In this document: positions 47,125 through 56,715 of the stretch, one piece after another
How the letters are laid out: each line of letters begins with the position of its first letter
Position numbering within the stretch: the first letter of the stretch is position 1
Assembly: GCA_963848135.1 (NCBI GenBank)
Contig: CAWKCK010000018.1
Location: forward strand, 324,938 to 388,937
From: an uncultured delta proteobacterium
Lineage (GTDB): Bacteria; Desulfobacterota; Desulfobacteria; Desulfobacterales; SG8-13
Direction: 5' to 3'
DNA length: 64,000 bases
The notes under the pieces: generated by a model
Database searches by the model: none
Seen by the model: only the letters and a program-made list of their open reading frames with translations
Told to the model about the DNA's origin: nothing
Position numbers and translations under genes: made by a program

Positions 47125-49542
47125 CTATTTTTTCGCTTTGACGGAGCCGGCCACCTCGACGGTGTATTCGTCTGGATCTTTCGGTAAATTAGAGAACACG
47201 ATCATAAATGGCAGTACTGCACCCTTTTTTAAGTTAAAATTCGACCGGTCTTTCCCCATTCGATTTCCCATTTTTTTGTCGATCCCGACTTTATCCAGTC
47301 CGACCAGTTCGGCATCAGACAGCACGTTTCCGGCATAAACGGTTTTTTCTAATTGCAGTTTGCGCCCTTTAGAATAGAGCTTTCCGGTAATCTGAATAAA
47401 GCTGCGCGGATGATCGTAGTCATTTTTTACTTTGCCGCTGACGACGTACAACAATCCCTCTTTGGTGTCGGAAACGAAATGGCCGTCGACATCTTTTTCA
47501 ATGATGGTGATCTTGAGGTTGCCGGCGTCCTGCGCCTTCGCGCCCAGCATATCGCTAACGTAAGGAATATTGAGGTCTTTGACTTTATCCAGGTATGGTA
47601 TATCAATGCCGAAGTACTGCGCGCCGACATAGGCCCCATAGGCACCGCCGATCAGCAAAACCAGAACGAGGAGTGTTTTCATCAGGCCGCCGACCCGCTT
47701 CTTTTTTGCTTTTGTCGGCGTGGTATCCCGGTCTTGTCCGACCCTGGCCGGCGTGTCGTCTTCAGCCTCACCGGCTTCATCATCCGTCTCGGCCATTGTC
47801 CCCATGCCGAATCCGTCGGAACCGCTGGCAGCCGCAGTCGCAGCAACTGCAGCAACCTCTGCAACGTTGTTATCCGTTACCTCTTCTTCTTCGACTTCGA
47901 ATTCAAGGTTCGCTTCTCCCGCGTTATCCGCAGTGGTCACCTCTCCCAAATCTAGATCAAGATCAAACTCTTCTTCTTCATCAGTCACCTCAATCTCAGG
48001 GCTGTCTTCAATCTCGAGCATGTCGTCCAAATCGGAAAGATCAAAGTCGTCTTCATCCTCATCTTCTCCGGCATCGCTGATCTCGGTGCCAGACTCACTC
48101 TCGAGGTCGTCATCGAGCACCAAATCAAAATCACCACCGTCATCATCGGCCGCTTCCGAAGGTGCCAGTTCTTCCATCTCAATATCGAGCATGTCGTCAA
48201 GCGTGACATCACTTTCATCGCTGCCATCGCCGCTCCCCGAATCAAGTTCCTTGTTAGCACTGCCGACTTCCACGTCTGCCTGGTCATTTGACTTCTCGGG
48301 ATCATCATCGAGTTCCAGCAAATCATCCAAACCGGTAAGATCAAAATCGTCGGTAATTTCTGTTTCTTCCGCAGCAGCGCTTTCAATATTTCCATCTACG
48401 ATATCAGCATCCCGATCAATTCCGAGGTCGAGTTCGTCGACTGTGGAATCGTCACCGGTCTGAAATCCGTCGCCCTCTTCACTTTCGATCATCTCCTCCA
48501 AATCTGCCAAATCCAGCTCATCGGTCGACTCCAACTCGTCAGTCTTGTTATCAGGCGCATCTACCGCATCAATCGGATCCAAATCGAGTTCGAACTCGAG
48601 GTCTTCGCCACTGGAATCCGATCCGAAATCTTCCTGGTCACCGTCCACTTGGGTACCGGCTTCCTGCCCAAAATCAAGGTCGATATCCAAACTTTCAGTG
48701 GCCTCGTCTGAAACGGATTCTTCAACACCTTTGTGTCCCAAATCGAGTAAGCTGTCCATGTCCGACAGATCGAGTTCCTGGGTCTCGTCGAATTCTACGC
48801 CTGAGTCGGCGACGACCGATTTTTCGTTTTGATCGAAGTCCATACCGGCAACCGGTGCCTCCGATCCGGTCTGGTCAGCCACTTCGTCATCCAGATCCAA
48901 ATCGAGCTGGAATTCAAGATCATCCGTTGTGTCATCACCGGTAAGCGCATCGACACCTTCGGGGGTCTCATCGAGATCCCCGTCAAGGTCAAAATTGAGA
49001 TCATCGTCCCCAGCGGCCCTCTCGGCGACAGCCGGCTCATCATCGAGGTCAAGGTCCAGTTGAAAGTCCATGGTTTCCGTTGCCTCGGCAGCCAAATTGG
49101 CTTCGCCCGTGTTGGCATCGGCGTTGGCATCGAAATCCAGATCGAGATCGAAATCGAGTTCATCTGTGCTTTCCAATGAGGCCTCGTCGCCATTGACCGC
49201 CGCAACGATATCGTCATCCTCGAAATCGAGATTCAGCCCGGCATCCTCAGGCACACCAACCGTAGCTGTCTCTTCTTCTGGTGCCAGATTTGGATCCAGA
49301 TCGAGAGATTTTTCAATCGCGTCGAGATCCAGATCGTCAAGACCCGCAGCACCGGCAACCGATGTTTTTCCGGATAAAGATAATTCGGATGGGACGTCCG
49401 GCTCGGCCTCCGCAACAGATGTCGGCGGTACGACGACAAAGATGTGTCGACACTTGGAGCATCGTACTTTTGATCCGGAACTTTTGATCAGATTTTCATC
49501 AAAACTGAAACTCGTGTCGCACTTTTCGCATGTAAGGATCAT
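47125..49542 (-). CDS. Zinc-ribbon + acidic repeat + TM + DUF3426-like protein (ZitP-like architecture)
   Basis: MILTCEKC-x19-CSKC (MJ0042-type finger), >500-aa Asp/Glu-rich region, KAKKKR then TM, C-terminal VSGKVKNDY...LPFMIVF domain. Confidence 0.82.
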   Translation of the reverse strand: MILTCEKCDTSFSFDENLIKSSGSKVRCSKCRHIFVVVPPTSVAEAEPDVPSELSLSGKTSVAGAAGLDDLDLDAIEKSLDLDPNLAPEEETATVGVPEDAGLNLDFEDDDIVAAVNGDEASLESTDELDFDLDLDFDANADANTGEANLAAEATETMDFQLDLDLDDEPAVAERAAGDDDLNFDLDGDLDETPEGVDALTGDDTTDDLEFQLDLDLDDEVADQTGSEAPVAGMDFDQNEKSVVADSGVEFDETQELDLSDMDSLLDLGHKGVEESVSDEATESLDIDLDFGQEAGTQVDGDQEDFGSDSSGEDLEFELDLDPIDAVDAPDNKTDELESTDELDLADLEEMIESEEGDGFQTGDDSTVDELDLGIDRDADIVDGNIESAAAEETEITDDFDLTGLDDLLELDDDPEKSNDQADVEVGSANKELDSGSGDGSDESDVTLDDMLDIEMEELAPSEAADDDGGDFDLVLDDDLESESGTEISDAGEDEDEDDFDLSDLDDMLEIEDSPEIEVTDEEEEFDLDLDLGEVTTADNAGEANLEFEVEEEEVTDNNVAEVAAVAATAAASGSDGFGMGTMAETDDEAGEAEDDTPARVGQDRDTTPTKAKKKRVGGLMKTLLVLVLLIGGAYGAYVGAQYFGIDIPYLDKVKDLNIPYVSDMLGAKAQDAGNLKITIIEKDVDGHFVSDTKEGLLYVVSGKVKNDYDHPRSFIQITGKLYSKGRKLQLEKTVYAGNVLSDAELVGLDKVGIDKKMGNRMGKDRSNFNLKKGAVLPFMIVFSNLPKDPDEYTVEVAGSVKAKK

Positions 49543-49749
49543 GGTATACCCCACCGAATTATAATTAATGGCTTCGACATTCGCTTATTTGCCGCGATGC
49601 TTTCCATCCTGTCGGGTTGCCCGTCGGGTGAGGCGTACCCCCCAGAACAAACCCCAAAAAAATTTTATCATGCTTTTCAATGTCGACAAACCCTGGCACG
49701 GCGATACGGCACAAATTGACTTTCGCGACGGCCCCGCGATTTGGGTGCA

Positions 49750-50286
49750 TTATAATTTAAGATCGTAGATGGCTGGCAGGTGCCGATATTGCTCGGCGTG
49801 ATCCAACCCGTAGCCGACAAGAAAACCTTGTTCAACGATACATCCAACATAATCGATAGTAAAATGCCTGTCGCGCCTCTCGCGCTTATCGATCAGGGTG
49901 CAGAGCCGCACACTTTTGGGTGCCTTTGATTTTAGATGTTCCAGTAGGAATTCCAGCGAAAGGCCGGTATCGATGATATCTTCAACCACGACAACATCCC
50001 GGCCAGTGATATCGATCTCAAGTTCTTTGGTCAGGCAGATGGAACCACTGGTCTCGGTATGACATCCGTAACTGGATAGCCGAACAAAATCAACTTGAAC
50101 AGGAATGGAAAGATATCTGACGAGATCGGCGAGAAAAATAAATGCGCCCTTCAAAACGCCAACGAAAACAACCTCACGATTCTGATAATCGTTCGATATT
50201 TGTTGCGCTAATTCGGCGACCGCCTTCTCGATTTCTTCCTTGCTCAGGACGGGATTCAGATCAGGCATTTTAAAAGCAGTTTCCAC
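49750..50286 (-). CDS. hpt: Hypoxanthine phosphoribosyltransferase
   Basis: VLKGAFIFLADL, SSY, VVEDIIDTG, FLVGYGLD. Confidence 0.96.
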   Translation of the reverse strand: METAFKMPDLNPVLSKEEIEKAVAELAQQISNDYQNREVVFVGVLKGAFIFLADLVRYLSIPVQVDFVRLSSYGCHTETSGSICLTKELEIDITGRDVVVVEDIIDTGLSLEFLLEHLKSKAPKSVRLCTLIDKRERRDRHFTIDYVGCIVEQGFLVGYGLDHAEQYRHLPAIYDLKL

Positions 50287-50378
50287 ATCGATTCACAGAC
50301 AGCACACGAAACGGTGACAATGTAATACGACACTAAGGATGCCATATAAAGATCCTTCTTGTCAATAATTTTAAAGAA

Positions 50379-51290
50379 TTACAGCCCCGTTGCGGCTAAT
50401 TTACGAATCAGATTCTTTTGCTCGCTATTCAGGTGTTTGGGCATGAGGATGTGAATGCGGACAAACAGGTCACCGCGTTTACCGCCTTGCATGTTGGGAA
50501 GACCATTTCCTGCAAGCCGCATTTTGGTTCCGTGGCGGGTGCCGGGAGGAACTTTTAAGTTGAGTTCTTTGCCATCCGGCGTCGGTATGGAAAGGGTCGC
50601 GCCCAGGAGTGCCTCGCTCAATTTGATCTCGCGATTGGTAATCAGGTTGTGATCGTCGACACTAAAAACAGGGTCATCAATGAGTTTTGCCTGAATGAAA
50701 AGATCTCCGGCGGGTCCGCCGTAAGGGCTCGCCTCTCCCTTACCGGCGAGCCGTAACTTTTTGCCTGCAACCATGCCTTTGGGGACCTTTACGGTAATTC
50801 TTTCCGACTGGCCTTTGTGGTCGAAACTGACCGCTTTGCGGGTGCCCGTCAATACTTCCTGGAGAGTCAGGGGGAGTTCATAGACCAGATCCGAGCCTTT
50901 GACCTGGGGTTGCTGCCCGCCAGGATTCCCGTAGGGCGATCCCGCGCCGAAGGGACTTCCTGATCCAAAAGAGAACCGCACGCCACCGCCGCGACCACCG
51001 AATCCAAACTCTCTCAGGATGTCATTGAAGTCAAAATTCCTAAATATATCCTCCTGGGAGAACCTCTGACTGAACCCTTCAGAACCGAAAGTATCGTACT
51101 GTTTTCGTTTCTCCTTGTCGCTCAATACGGCGTATGCCTCGCTGATCTTCTTGAATTTTTCTTCCGAAGCTTTGTCTCCCTTGGCATGATCGGGATGATA
51201 TTTCAACGCTAGCTTGCGATAGGATTTTTTTATCACCTCTGCTGACGCATTTTTTTTCACACCCAATATGTCGTAATAGTCTTCGGCCAT
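50379..51290 (-). CDS. DnaJ-class chaperone lacking zinc finger (CbpA-like)
   Basis: DYYDILG, HPD, G/F-rich linker, C-terminal substrate domains; no CxxCxGxG repeats. Confidence 0.93.
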   Translation of the reverse strand: MAEDYYDILGVKKNASAEVIKKSYRKLALKYHPDHAKGDKASEEKFKKISEAYAVLSDKEKRKQYDTFGSEGFSQRFSQEDIFRNFDFNDILREFGFGGRGGGVRFSFGSGSPFGAGSPYGNPGGQQPQVKGSDLVYELPLTLQEVLTGTRKAVSFDHKGQSERITVKVPKGMVAGKKLRLAGKGEASPYGGPAGDLFIQAKLIDDPVFSVDDHNLITNREIKLSEALLGATLSIPTPDGKELNLKVPPGTRHGTKMRLAGNGLPNMQGGKRGDLFVRIHILMPKHLNSEQKNLIRKLAATGL

Positions 51291-51517
51291 AGAGTTTATT
51301 CCTTCTGTATAATTGACTCGGATGCTCGCATCGGCACCCGTTGGTCAAATAACTGCGTGATGGTGCTCACACACCTGTAACTCGTTGAAAATATTTGAAT
51401 CGGAAGAGATAAATATAATTTTTTAAGCCTAACGTGTCAAGGTGTGTTGCCACATAAAGAAATCCCCGGCCACGTTAGTTCAGCCTCCGTGGTCAGCCGT
51501 GGTGGGATGAACTTTTT

Positions 51518-51675
51518 GTATCGGCTCACAGGGTTGCAACGTCCAATGTGCTTAAGACCGCAGAATTGTAAGCGTTTACAGGGTGCCGCAGATGCAAGGC
51601 GTCGGGCGCGCAGATGTACTTTTGTACTTCAAGTGCTCGACAACAAAGCAGATGCGGTGCCCTGTGAATGCTTAC
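51518..51675 (-). repeat. Family A repeat copy 4 (inverted), supplies the mnmG stop codon
   Basis: Reverse complement of the family A sequence; its terminal GTAAG overlaps the mnmG TAA (51672-51674). Confidence 0.9.
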
Positions 51676-53537
51676 GAACTTTTTAGTGCGATCATCAGGA
51701 CTGAAAGCGCTGCCGGGGTGATCCCGTCGATACGGGAAGCTTGTCCAAGAGACACCGGTCGCACCGCGGAAAGCTTCTCCTTCAGTTCATTCGACAAACC
51801 GTGGACCGTGGCATAATCGAATCCTTCCGGTATTCGCTTGCGTTCAAGGTTCTTAAATTTTTCAATTTCCCGCTGCTGGCGTTCGATATAGCCCTCATAC
51901 TTGACCTCGATTTCCACCTGCCGCGACACTTTTTCCCCAATCGGCACCGGACTTGATGCCATCGCATCCACTGCATCGTAACCGAGCTCGTTTCTTTTCA
52001 GTAGCTGATCGAGGCGAACCCCGCTTGTGATCGGATTGGTCCCCTTTCCTGCCAGATAGGCATTCACTTCAGGAGTCGGTTTGACGACCGCCTTCCGTAT
52101 GCGGCCGATTTCGGCGTAAACTTGCTGCCACCGTTCCTTGACTTCTGCCAGCGCATCGCCACCGATGAGTCCCAAGGAATGGCCGATTTCCATCAATCTG
52201 ATATCGGCATTGTCTTCTCGCAACATCAGCCGGTATTCGGCTCGAGACGTAAACATGCGGTAGGGTTCGCGGGTTCCCCGGGTGACCAGATCATCGATCA
52301 TCACGCCGATGTATGCCTGCGATCGATCAAGGATAAACGCCGGTCGACCCTGGACTTGGCAGGCGGCGTTAATGCCGGCCCACAACCCCTGGGCGGCAGC
52401 CTCCTCATACCCGGACGTTCCATTGATCTGTCCCGCAAGAAAAAGACCACCTATCCGTTTGGTTTCAAGAGTCGGCCTCAATTGGATCGGATTGACGTAG
52501 TCGTACTCGATGGCATATGCCGGTCGCATGATTTCAGCGTCTTGCAGCCCATCCACCGAACGGACGATCTCGTATTGAATCTCGAGCGGCAGGCTATTGC
52601 CGAGACCGCTGGCATAAATCTCTTCGGTCTCGAGCCCCTCGGGTTCGAGTATCACCTGATGTCGCTCTCTATCGGGAAACCGGACGATCTTATCTTCCAA
52701 TGAGGGGCAATATCGGGCGGAAACACCCTTGATGACCCCGCCATAAAGGGCTGAACGATCCAAATTGCGCTGCACGGCACCGTGAACCCTGAGGTTTGTG
52801 TGCCCAATATAGCTCGGTACCTGAGGCAACTGGATCTTTCGGGTAAAAAGGGAGAATGGCACCGGGGATTCATCGACCTCCTGGATAGCAAATCGGGTAA
52901 AATCGATACTTGAACGTCTCAACCGGGGCGGTGTTCCCGTTTTCATCCGCCCCAGCTGAAAACCGAGCTGTTTGAGATGCGCCGGAAGACTGTATGAGGC
53001 AAACTCACCGGCCCGCCCCGCCTTGAAAGATTTGAAACCGATGTGCACCAGACCGCTTAAAAAGGTCCCCGTTGCCAAAACGACCGTTGCGGCCTGATAA
53101 CTGAATCCGGTTGTGTCTTCAACCCCAACGACCTTATCGCCTTCGGTGACAACTCGCTCAACCATGGCCTGCCGCAGCTCGATACCGGGTTCGTTTTCGA
53201 TGATATGTTTCATCACCGTGTGATAGCGGTTCTTGTCGTTCTGGGTGCGTGAAGAATGGACGGCCGGACCTTTCTTGGTATTCAGGGTCTTATACTGAAT
53301 GGCGGTCTTGTCGGTTGTTCTGGCCATTTCTCCGCCCAGTGCATCGATTTCCTTAACCAGTTGCCCTTTGGCCATGCCACCGATGGACGGACTGCAGGGC
53401 ATGGCAGCGATTTTATCCAGATCAATGGCCATCAGCAGCACGCGACAACCCATCCGGGCAGCCACAAGCGCCGCTTCACACCCCGCATGCCCGGCACCGA
53501 CAACAATGACCTCGTATTTTGGTGAACTGAACGTCAT
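51672..53537 (-). CDS. mnmG: tRNA U34 modification enzyme MnmG (GidA)
   Basis: VVGAGHAGCEAA, KTGTPPR, RYCPSLEDK, AGQINGTSGYEEAAAQG, RMFTSRAEYRL. Confidence 0.98.
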   Translation of the reverse strand: MTFSSPKYEVIVVGAGHAGCEAALVAARMGCRVLLMAIDLDKIAAMPCSPSIGGMAKGQLVKEIDALGGEMARTTDKTAIQYKTLNTKKGPAVHSSRTQNDKNRYHTVMKHIIENEPGIELRQAMVERVVTEGDKVVGVEDTTGFSYQAATVVLATGTFLSGLVHIGFKSFKAGRAGEFASYSLPAHLKQLGFQLGRMKTGTPPRLRRSSIDFTRFAIQEVDESPVPFSLFTRKIQLPQVPSYIGHTNLRVHGAVQRNLDRSALYGGVIKGVSARYCPSLEDKIVRFPDRERHQVILEPEGLETEEIYASGLGNSLPLEIQYEIVRSVDGLQDAEIMRPAYAIEYDYVNPIQLRPTLETKRIGGLFLAGQINGTSGYEEAAAQGLWAGINAACQVQGRPAFILDRSQAYIGVMIDDLVTRGTREPYRMFTSRAEYRLMLREDNADIRLMEIGHSLGLIGGDALAEVKERWQQVYAEIGRIRKAVVKPTPEVNAYLAGKGTNPITSGVRLDQLLKRNELGYDAVDAMASSPVPIGEKVSRQVEIEVKYEGYIERQQREIEKFKNLERKRIPEGFDYATVHGLSNELKEKLSAVRPVSLGQASRIDGITPAALSVLMIALKSS

Positions 53538-53648
53538 GAATCCAACCCTATCAAATTTTTCACGTTTTACAATTTATTCTCAACCCGTTATATTCGTGAA
53601 TAGAAGAATCAGCCCAAAGAAATACCGAAACAATACCCTGGCCGGATA

Positions 53649-54578
53649 ATGACCCCTCCCACGACATACAATGACTTGAATACCTATCTGCGCGAAATGT
53701 TCGGATGCCGCGTCCAGAAAATCACCATTGACGCAGGGTTCTCTTGCCCCAACAGGGACGGAACGGTCGCAACTGGTGGCTGCATTTATTGCAATGACCG
53801 CGGTTCGGGAAACGGTGCCCATGCGCAGGGTATTTCCATAACCGAGCAATTGCTCAAGGGCAAAGCGAAGTTGTCGGCAAGATACAAGGCCAAAAAATTC
53901 ATTGCCTATTTTCAGTCGTTTTCCAACACGTACGCACCGGTTGCCACCCTGAAACGATTGTATGATGAAGCCGTGGCCGTCGATGACATCGTCGGGCTCT
54001 TCATTGGAACCCGACCGGATTGCATCAACAGTGCCGTATTCGATCTATTGGCCGGATATGCCGCCGATCACCTGGTCTTTATCGAATTTGGCCTGCAGTC
54101 CGCCCACAACAGCACCCTATCTCTGATTAACCGCGGCCACGATGCCGAATGTTTCAAAACGGCCGTTTCGGAAGCACACAAAAGGGGGCTGAATGTCTGC
54201 GCTCACGTCATTCTGGGGCTGCCAGGCGAAACCCGGCAGCACGCAATCGAAACGGCTCATTTTTTGGGCGATCTTGGCATTGAGGCGGTAAAGATACATC
54301 TTTTATATGTCATCAAGGGAACCAGACTCGAAACCCTCTATCGGCAGGGGAGTTATCGTTGCCTGTCCCAGGAGGCGTATGTCGCACTGACCTGTAACTT
54401 TCTGGAACATCTGCCTCGCCGTGTGATTATCCAGCGGCTGACCGGTGATCCGCATCCCGCAGAGTTGGTGGCCCCCGGCTGGTCTCTGCGCAAAACCGAA
54501 ACCTTGAACCTGATCAGGAAAAGGCTGGAAGAGCGGGGAACGTGGCAGGGAAAGGCCGTCGGCAATCGCGATCATTAG
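53649..54578 (+). CDS. Radical SAM protein, TIGR01212/YhcC family
   Basis: GFSCPNRDG...GGCIYC, YFQSFSNTY, GTRPDC, AHVILGLPGE, QRLTGD. Confidence 0.92.
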   Translation: MTPPTTYNDLNTYLREMFGCRVQKITIDAGFSCPNRDGTVATGGCIYCNDRGSGNGAHAQGISITEQLLKGKAKLSARYKAKKFIAYFQSFSNTYAPVATLKRLYDEAVAVDDIVGLFIGTRPDCINSAVFDLLAGYAADHLVFIEFGLQSAHNSTLSLINRGHDAECFKTAVSEAHKRGLNVCAHVILGLPGETRQHAIETAHFLGDLGIEAVKIHLLYVIKGTRLETLYRQGSYRCLSQEAYVALTCNFLEHLPRRVIIQRLTGDPHPAELVAPGWSLRKTETLNLIRKRLEERGTWQGKAVGNRDH

Positions 54579-54690
54579 AACCCATCTCAAAAATATTCTA
54601 AGCGCCCATGGCGGTGTTACGAACCGGCTCAAAATTCTCACGTACTGAATGTTTGCTGCGCTTTGGTCCGCAGAAACCTCCGGGCCAAAG
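54576..54690. repeat. Degenerate hairpin-repeat relative between convergent genes
   Basis: Begins at the radical-SAM TAG; minus strand reads GCGCAGC..AC-ATTCA-GTAC...AACACCG, resembling the family A/B skeleton. Confidence 0.35.
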
Positions 54691-54723
54691 CGGTAAAACG
54701 TCCCTACACGGCAATAATCCCGC

Positions 54724-56370
54724 CTACTGCGGTTTGTATCCCTGGGCAATCGGATATCGCCGACCGTATCCGAAGGCTTTCGAGGTCACCTTCAGCCCCG
54801 GGGCTGCCTGGTGGCGCTTGTATTCGTTTCTGTTGACCCTGGCGACAACATCTTCCACCAATTGTCGATCGAATCCCGACTTCACGAGATCAGACACACT
54901 CCGGCTGTCCTCGATGATTCCTTTCAAGATCGGATCCAGGATTTCATATGGCGGTAAATCGTCATCGTCCCGCTGATCGGGCTTCAATTCCGCGGACGGC
55001 GCCTTTTTAATGATGCGCTCGGGGATGACACCCGCTTCCCGGTTGATAAAGTGCGCCAACTCATAAACCATTGTTTTCGGCACATCGGATATGACCGACA
55101 ATCCGCCGCTCATATCACCGTATAGCGTGCAGTAACCGACCGCCAGTTCGGACTTGTTGCCTGTGGAGAGCAATAAGCAGCCCCGATGGTTGGAAATGGC
55201 CATGAGAATGGTACCCCGAACACGGGCCTGAACATTCTGTTCCGTGATACCGGGTTCGCGAGCGTCAAATGAGGGGTCCAGAAGATTGACAAATTCCTGA
55301 AAAATGCTGTCGATTGGAATCGTTTCCAAAGTAACGCCGAGATTGCGGGCCAATTGCTGTGTATCCTCGTAATTGTCGGCAGACGTGTAGACGGACGGCA
55401 TGAAAACGGTGGTCACATTTGCCGGTCCAAGCGCCCGGACGGCAATGGCGGCTGTCAAGGCCGAATCGATACCGCCGCTCAATCCGATAACGGCAGTGGT
55501 GAACCCGCACTTTCGCACGTAATCCCGGGTGCCCATAACCAGCGCCTTGACGACGGCCTCGGCCTCGGAAGTTGCTATCTCTCGTATTTCGGCCGCCCCT
55601 GAGTCCGTGTCGTAAATGATCAGGTCCTCCTCGAAATCCTGGGATCTGGCAACCATGCGACCCTGCCTGTCGAAGACCGCACTGATCCCGTCGAAAAGAA
55701 GGCTGTCATTGCCCCCGACCTGGTTCACGTACACCAGACCCACGCCGTATTTTCGCGCTATGGCGCTGTGCATGTTTTTTCTAAAGTCTATTTTGCCCGT
55801 GTGAAACGGAGAGGCGGATACATTTATAATCAACCCCGCACCGTCCTTCACCAGCGCATCGAGGGGATCGAGATGATACATCCGGCGTTGAAAGATGTCC
55901 TTGTCATTCCAGAGATCCTCGCAAATCGTGAGGCCAATCCGTTGTCCCTTGTAATTGAAGGTCCGGCAATCCGTTCCGGCTTCGAAGTAGCGGCTTTCAT
56001 CAAACACATCGTAGGTCGGCAAAAGACGCTTGTATACCTGGTGCCGAATCTGCCCGTCTTCAAACAGCACGGCGGAATTTCTCAACCGTTTCCCATCTGC
56101 TGCGGGATTAAAGTCAACCAGGCCGCACACGACACCGATTCCACGAATATCTTTGAGCATCCGGTTCAAACAGTCGAGATTTGCGTTCACAAAATCGTTT
56201 TTCTCGAGCAGATCATGCGGCGGATAGCCGGAAACGACCATTTCTGAGAAAACCACAAGATCGCAGGATCGGGCGACGGCCTTTTCGGCATACTCTCGGA
56301 TCCGCTGGTAGTTGTATTTGAAATCACCGACAATCGGGTTTACCTGGGCCAGAGCAATCTTCATCTGCAT
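54724..56370 (-). CDS. nadE: Glutamine-dependent NAD+ synthetase
   Basis: N-terminal nitrilase domain (ICEDLW, SASPF), LSGGIDS, STGNKSE, PSAEL, NEYKR. Confidence 0.96.
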   Translation of the reverse strand: MQMKIALAQVNPIVGDFKYNYQRIREYAEKAVARSCDLVVFSEMVVSGYPPHDLLEKNDFVNANLDCLNRMLKDIRGIGVVCGLVDFNPAADGKRLRNSAVLFEDGQIRHQVYKRLLPTYDVFDESRYFEAGTDCRTFNYKGQRIGLTICEDLWNDKDIFQRRMYHLDPLDALVKDGAGLIINVSASPFHTGKIDFRKNMHSAIARKYGVGLVYVNQVGGNDSLLFDGISAVFDRQGRMVARSQDFEEDLIIYDTDSGAAEIREIATSEAEAVVKALVMGTRDYVRKCGFTTAVIGLSGGIDSALTAAIAVRALGPANVTTVFMPSVYTSADNYEDTQQLARNLGVTLETIPIDSIFQEFVNLLDPSFDAREPGITEQNVQARVRGTILMAISNHRGCLLLSTGNKSELAVGYCTLYGDMSGGLSVISDVPKTMVYELAHFINREAGVIPERIIKKAPSAELKPDQRDDDDLPPYEILDPILKGIIEDSRSVSDLVKSGFDRQLVEDVVARVNRNEYKRHQAAPGLKVTSKAFGYGRRYPIAQGYKPQ

Positions 56371-56715
56371 AACTTTTCAGTTAAAGGTTTATATGGTGAC
56401 ACGGGTTGCTATCAAACGGCCACCTTTAACAATCAATTGGGTCGCCGTCAACGCCCACCTGCATCGGCCGCCTGTCGCTTGCGGCCCGATGCGGAATGCT
56501 GTATGTGTGATATAAATCCGGAAAATTCTACCCGCTGTGGACCGTCTAACCCGAATATTTCATGAAACATCCAGGCTAAGAATATTGATATTGCCCGCAA
56601 TTATAAATTAAGCCTTTAAGCCGGTGATTACCAGACGAATGGCGGCCACCCATTTCAAGTCTCCAATCTTGAGCTCGTAACCGGGCTTTCAACACCGTAT
56701 GGAAAGGGGCAACCG

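Noticed and set aside
47353..49564. Ser-rich plus-strand ORFs
   Set aside because: Antisense shadows of the Asp/Glu/Leu-rich gene.
4058..51675. Repeats considered as a CRISPR array or integron cassette array
   Set aside because: Copies are dispersed in both orientations among housekeeping genes, with no spacers, cas genes or integrase.
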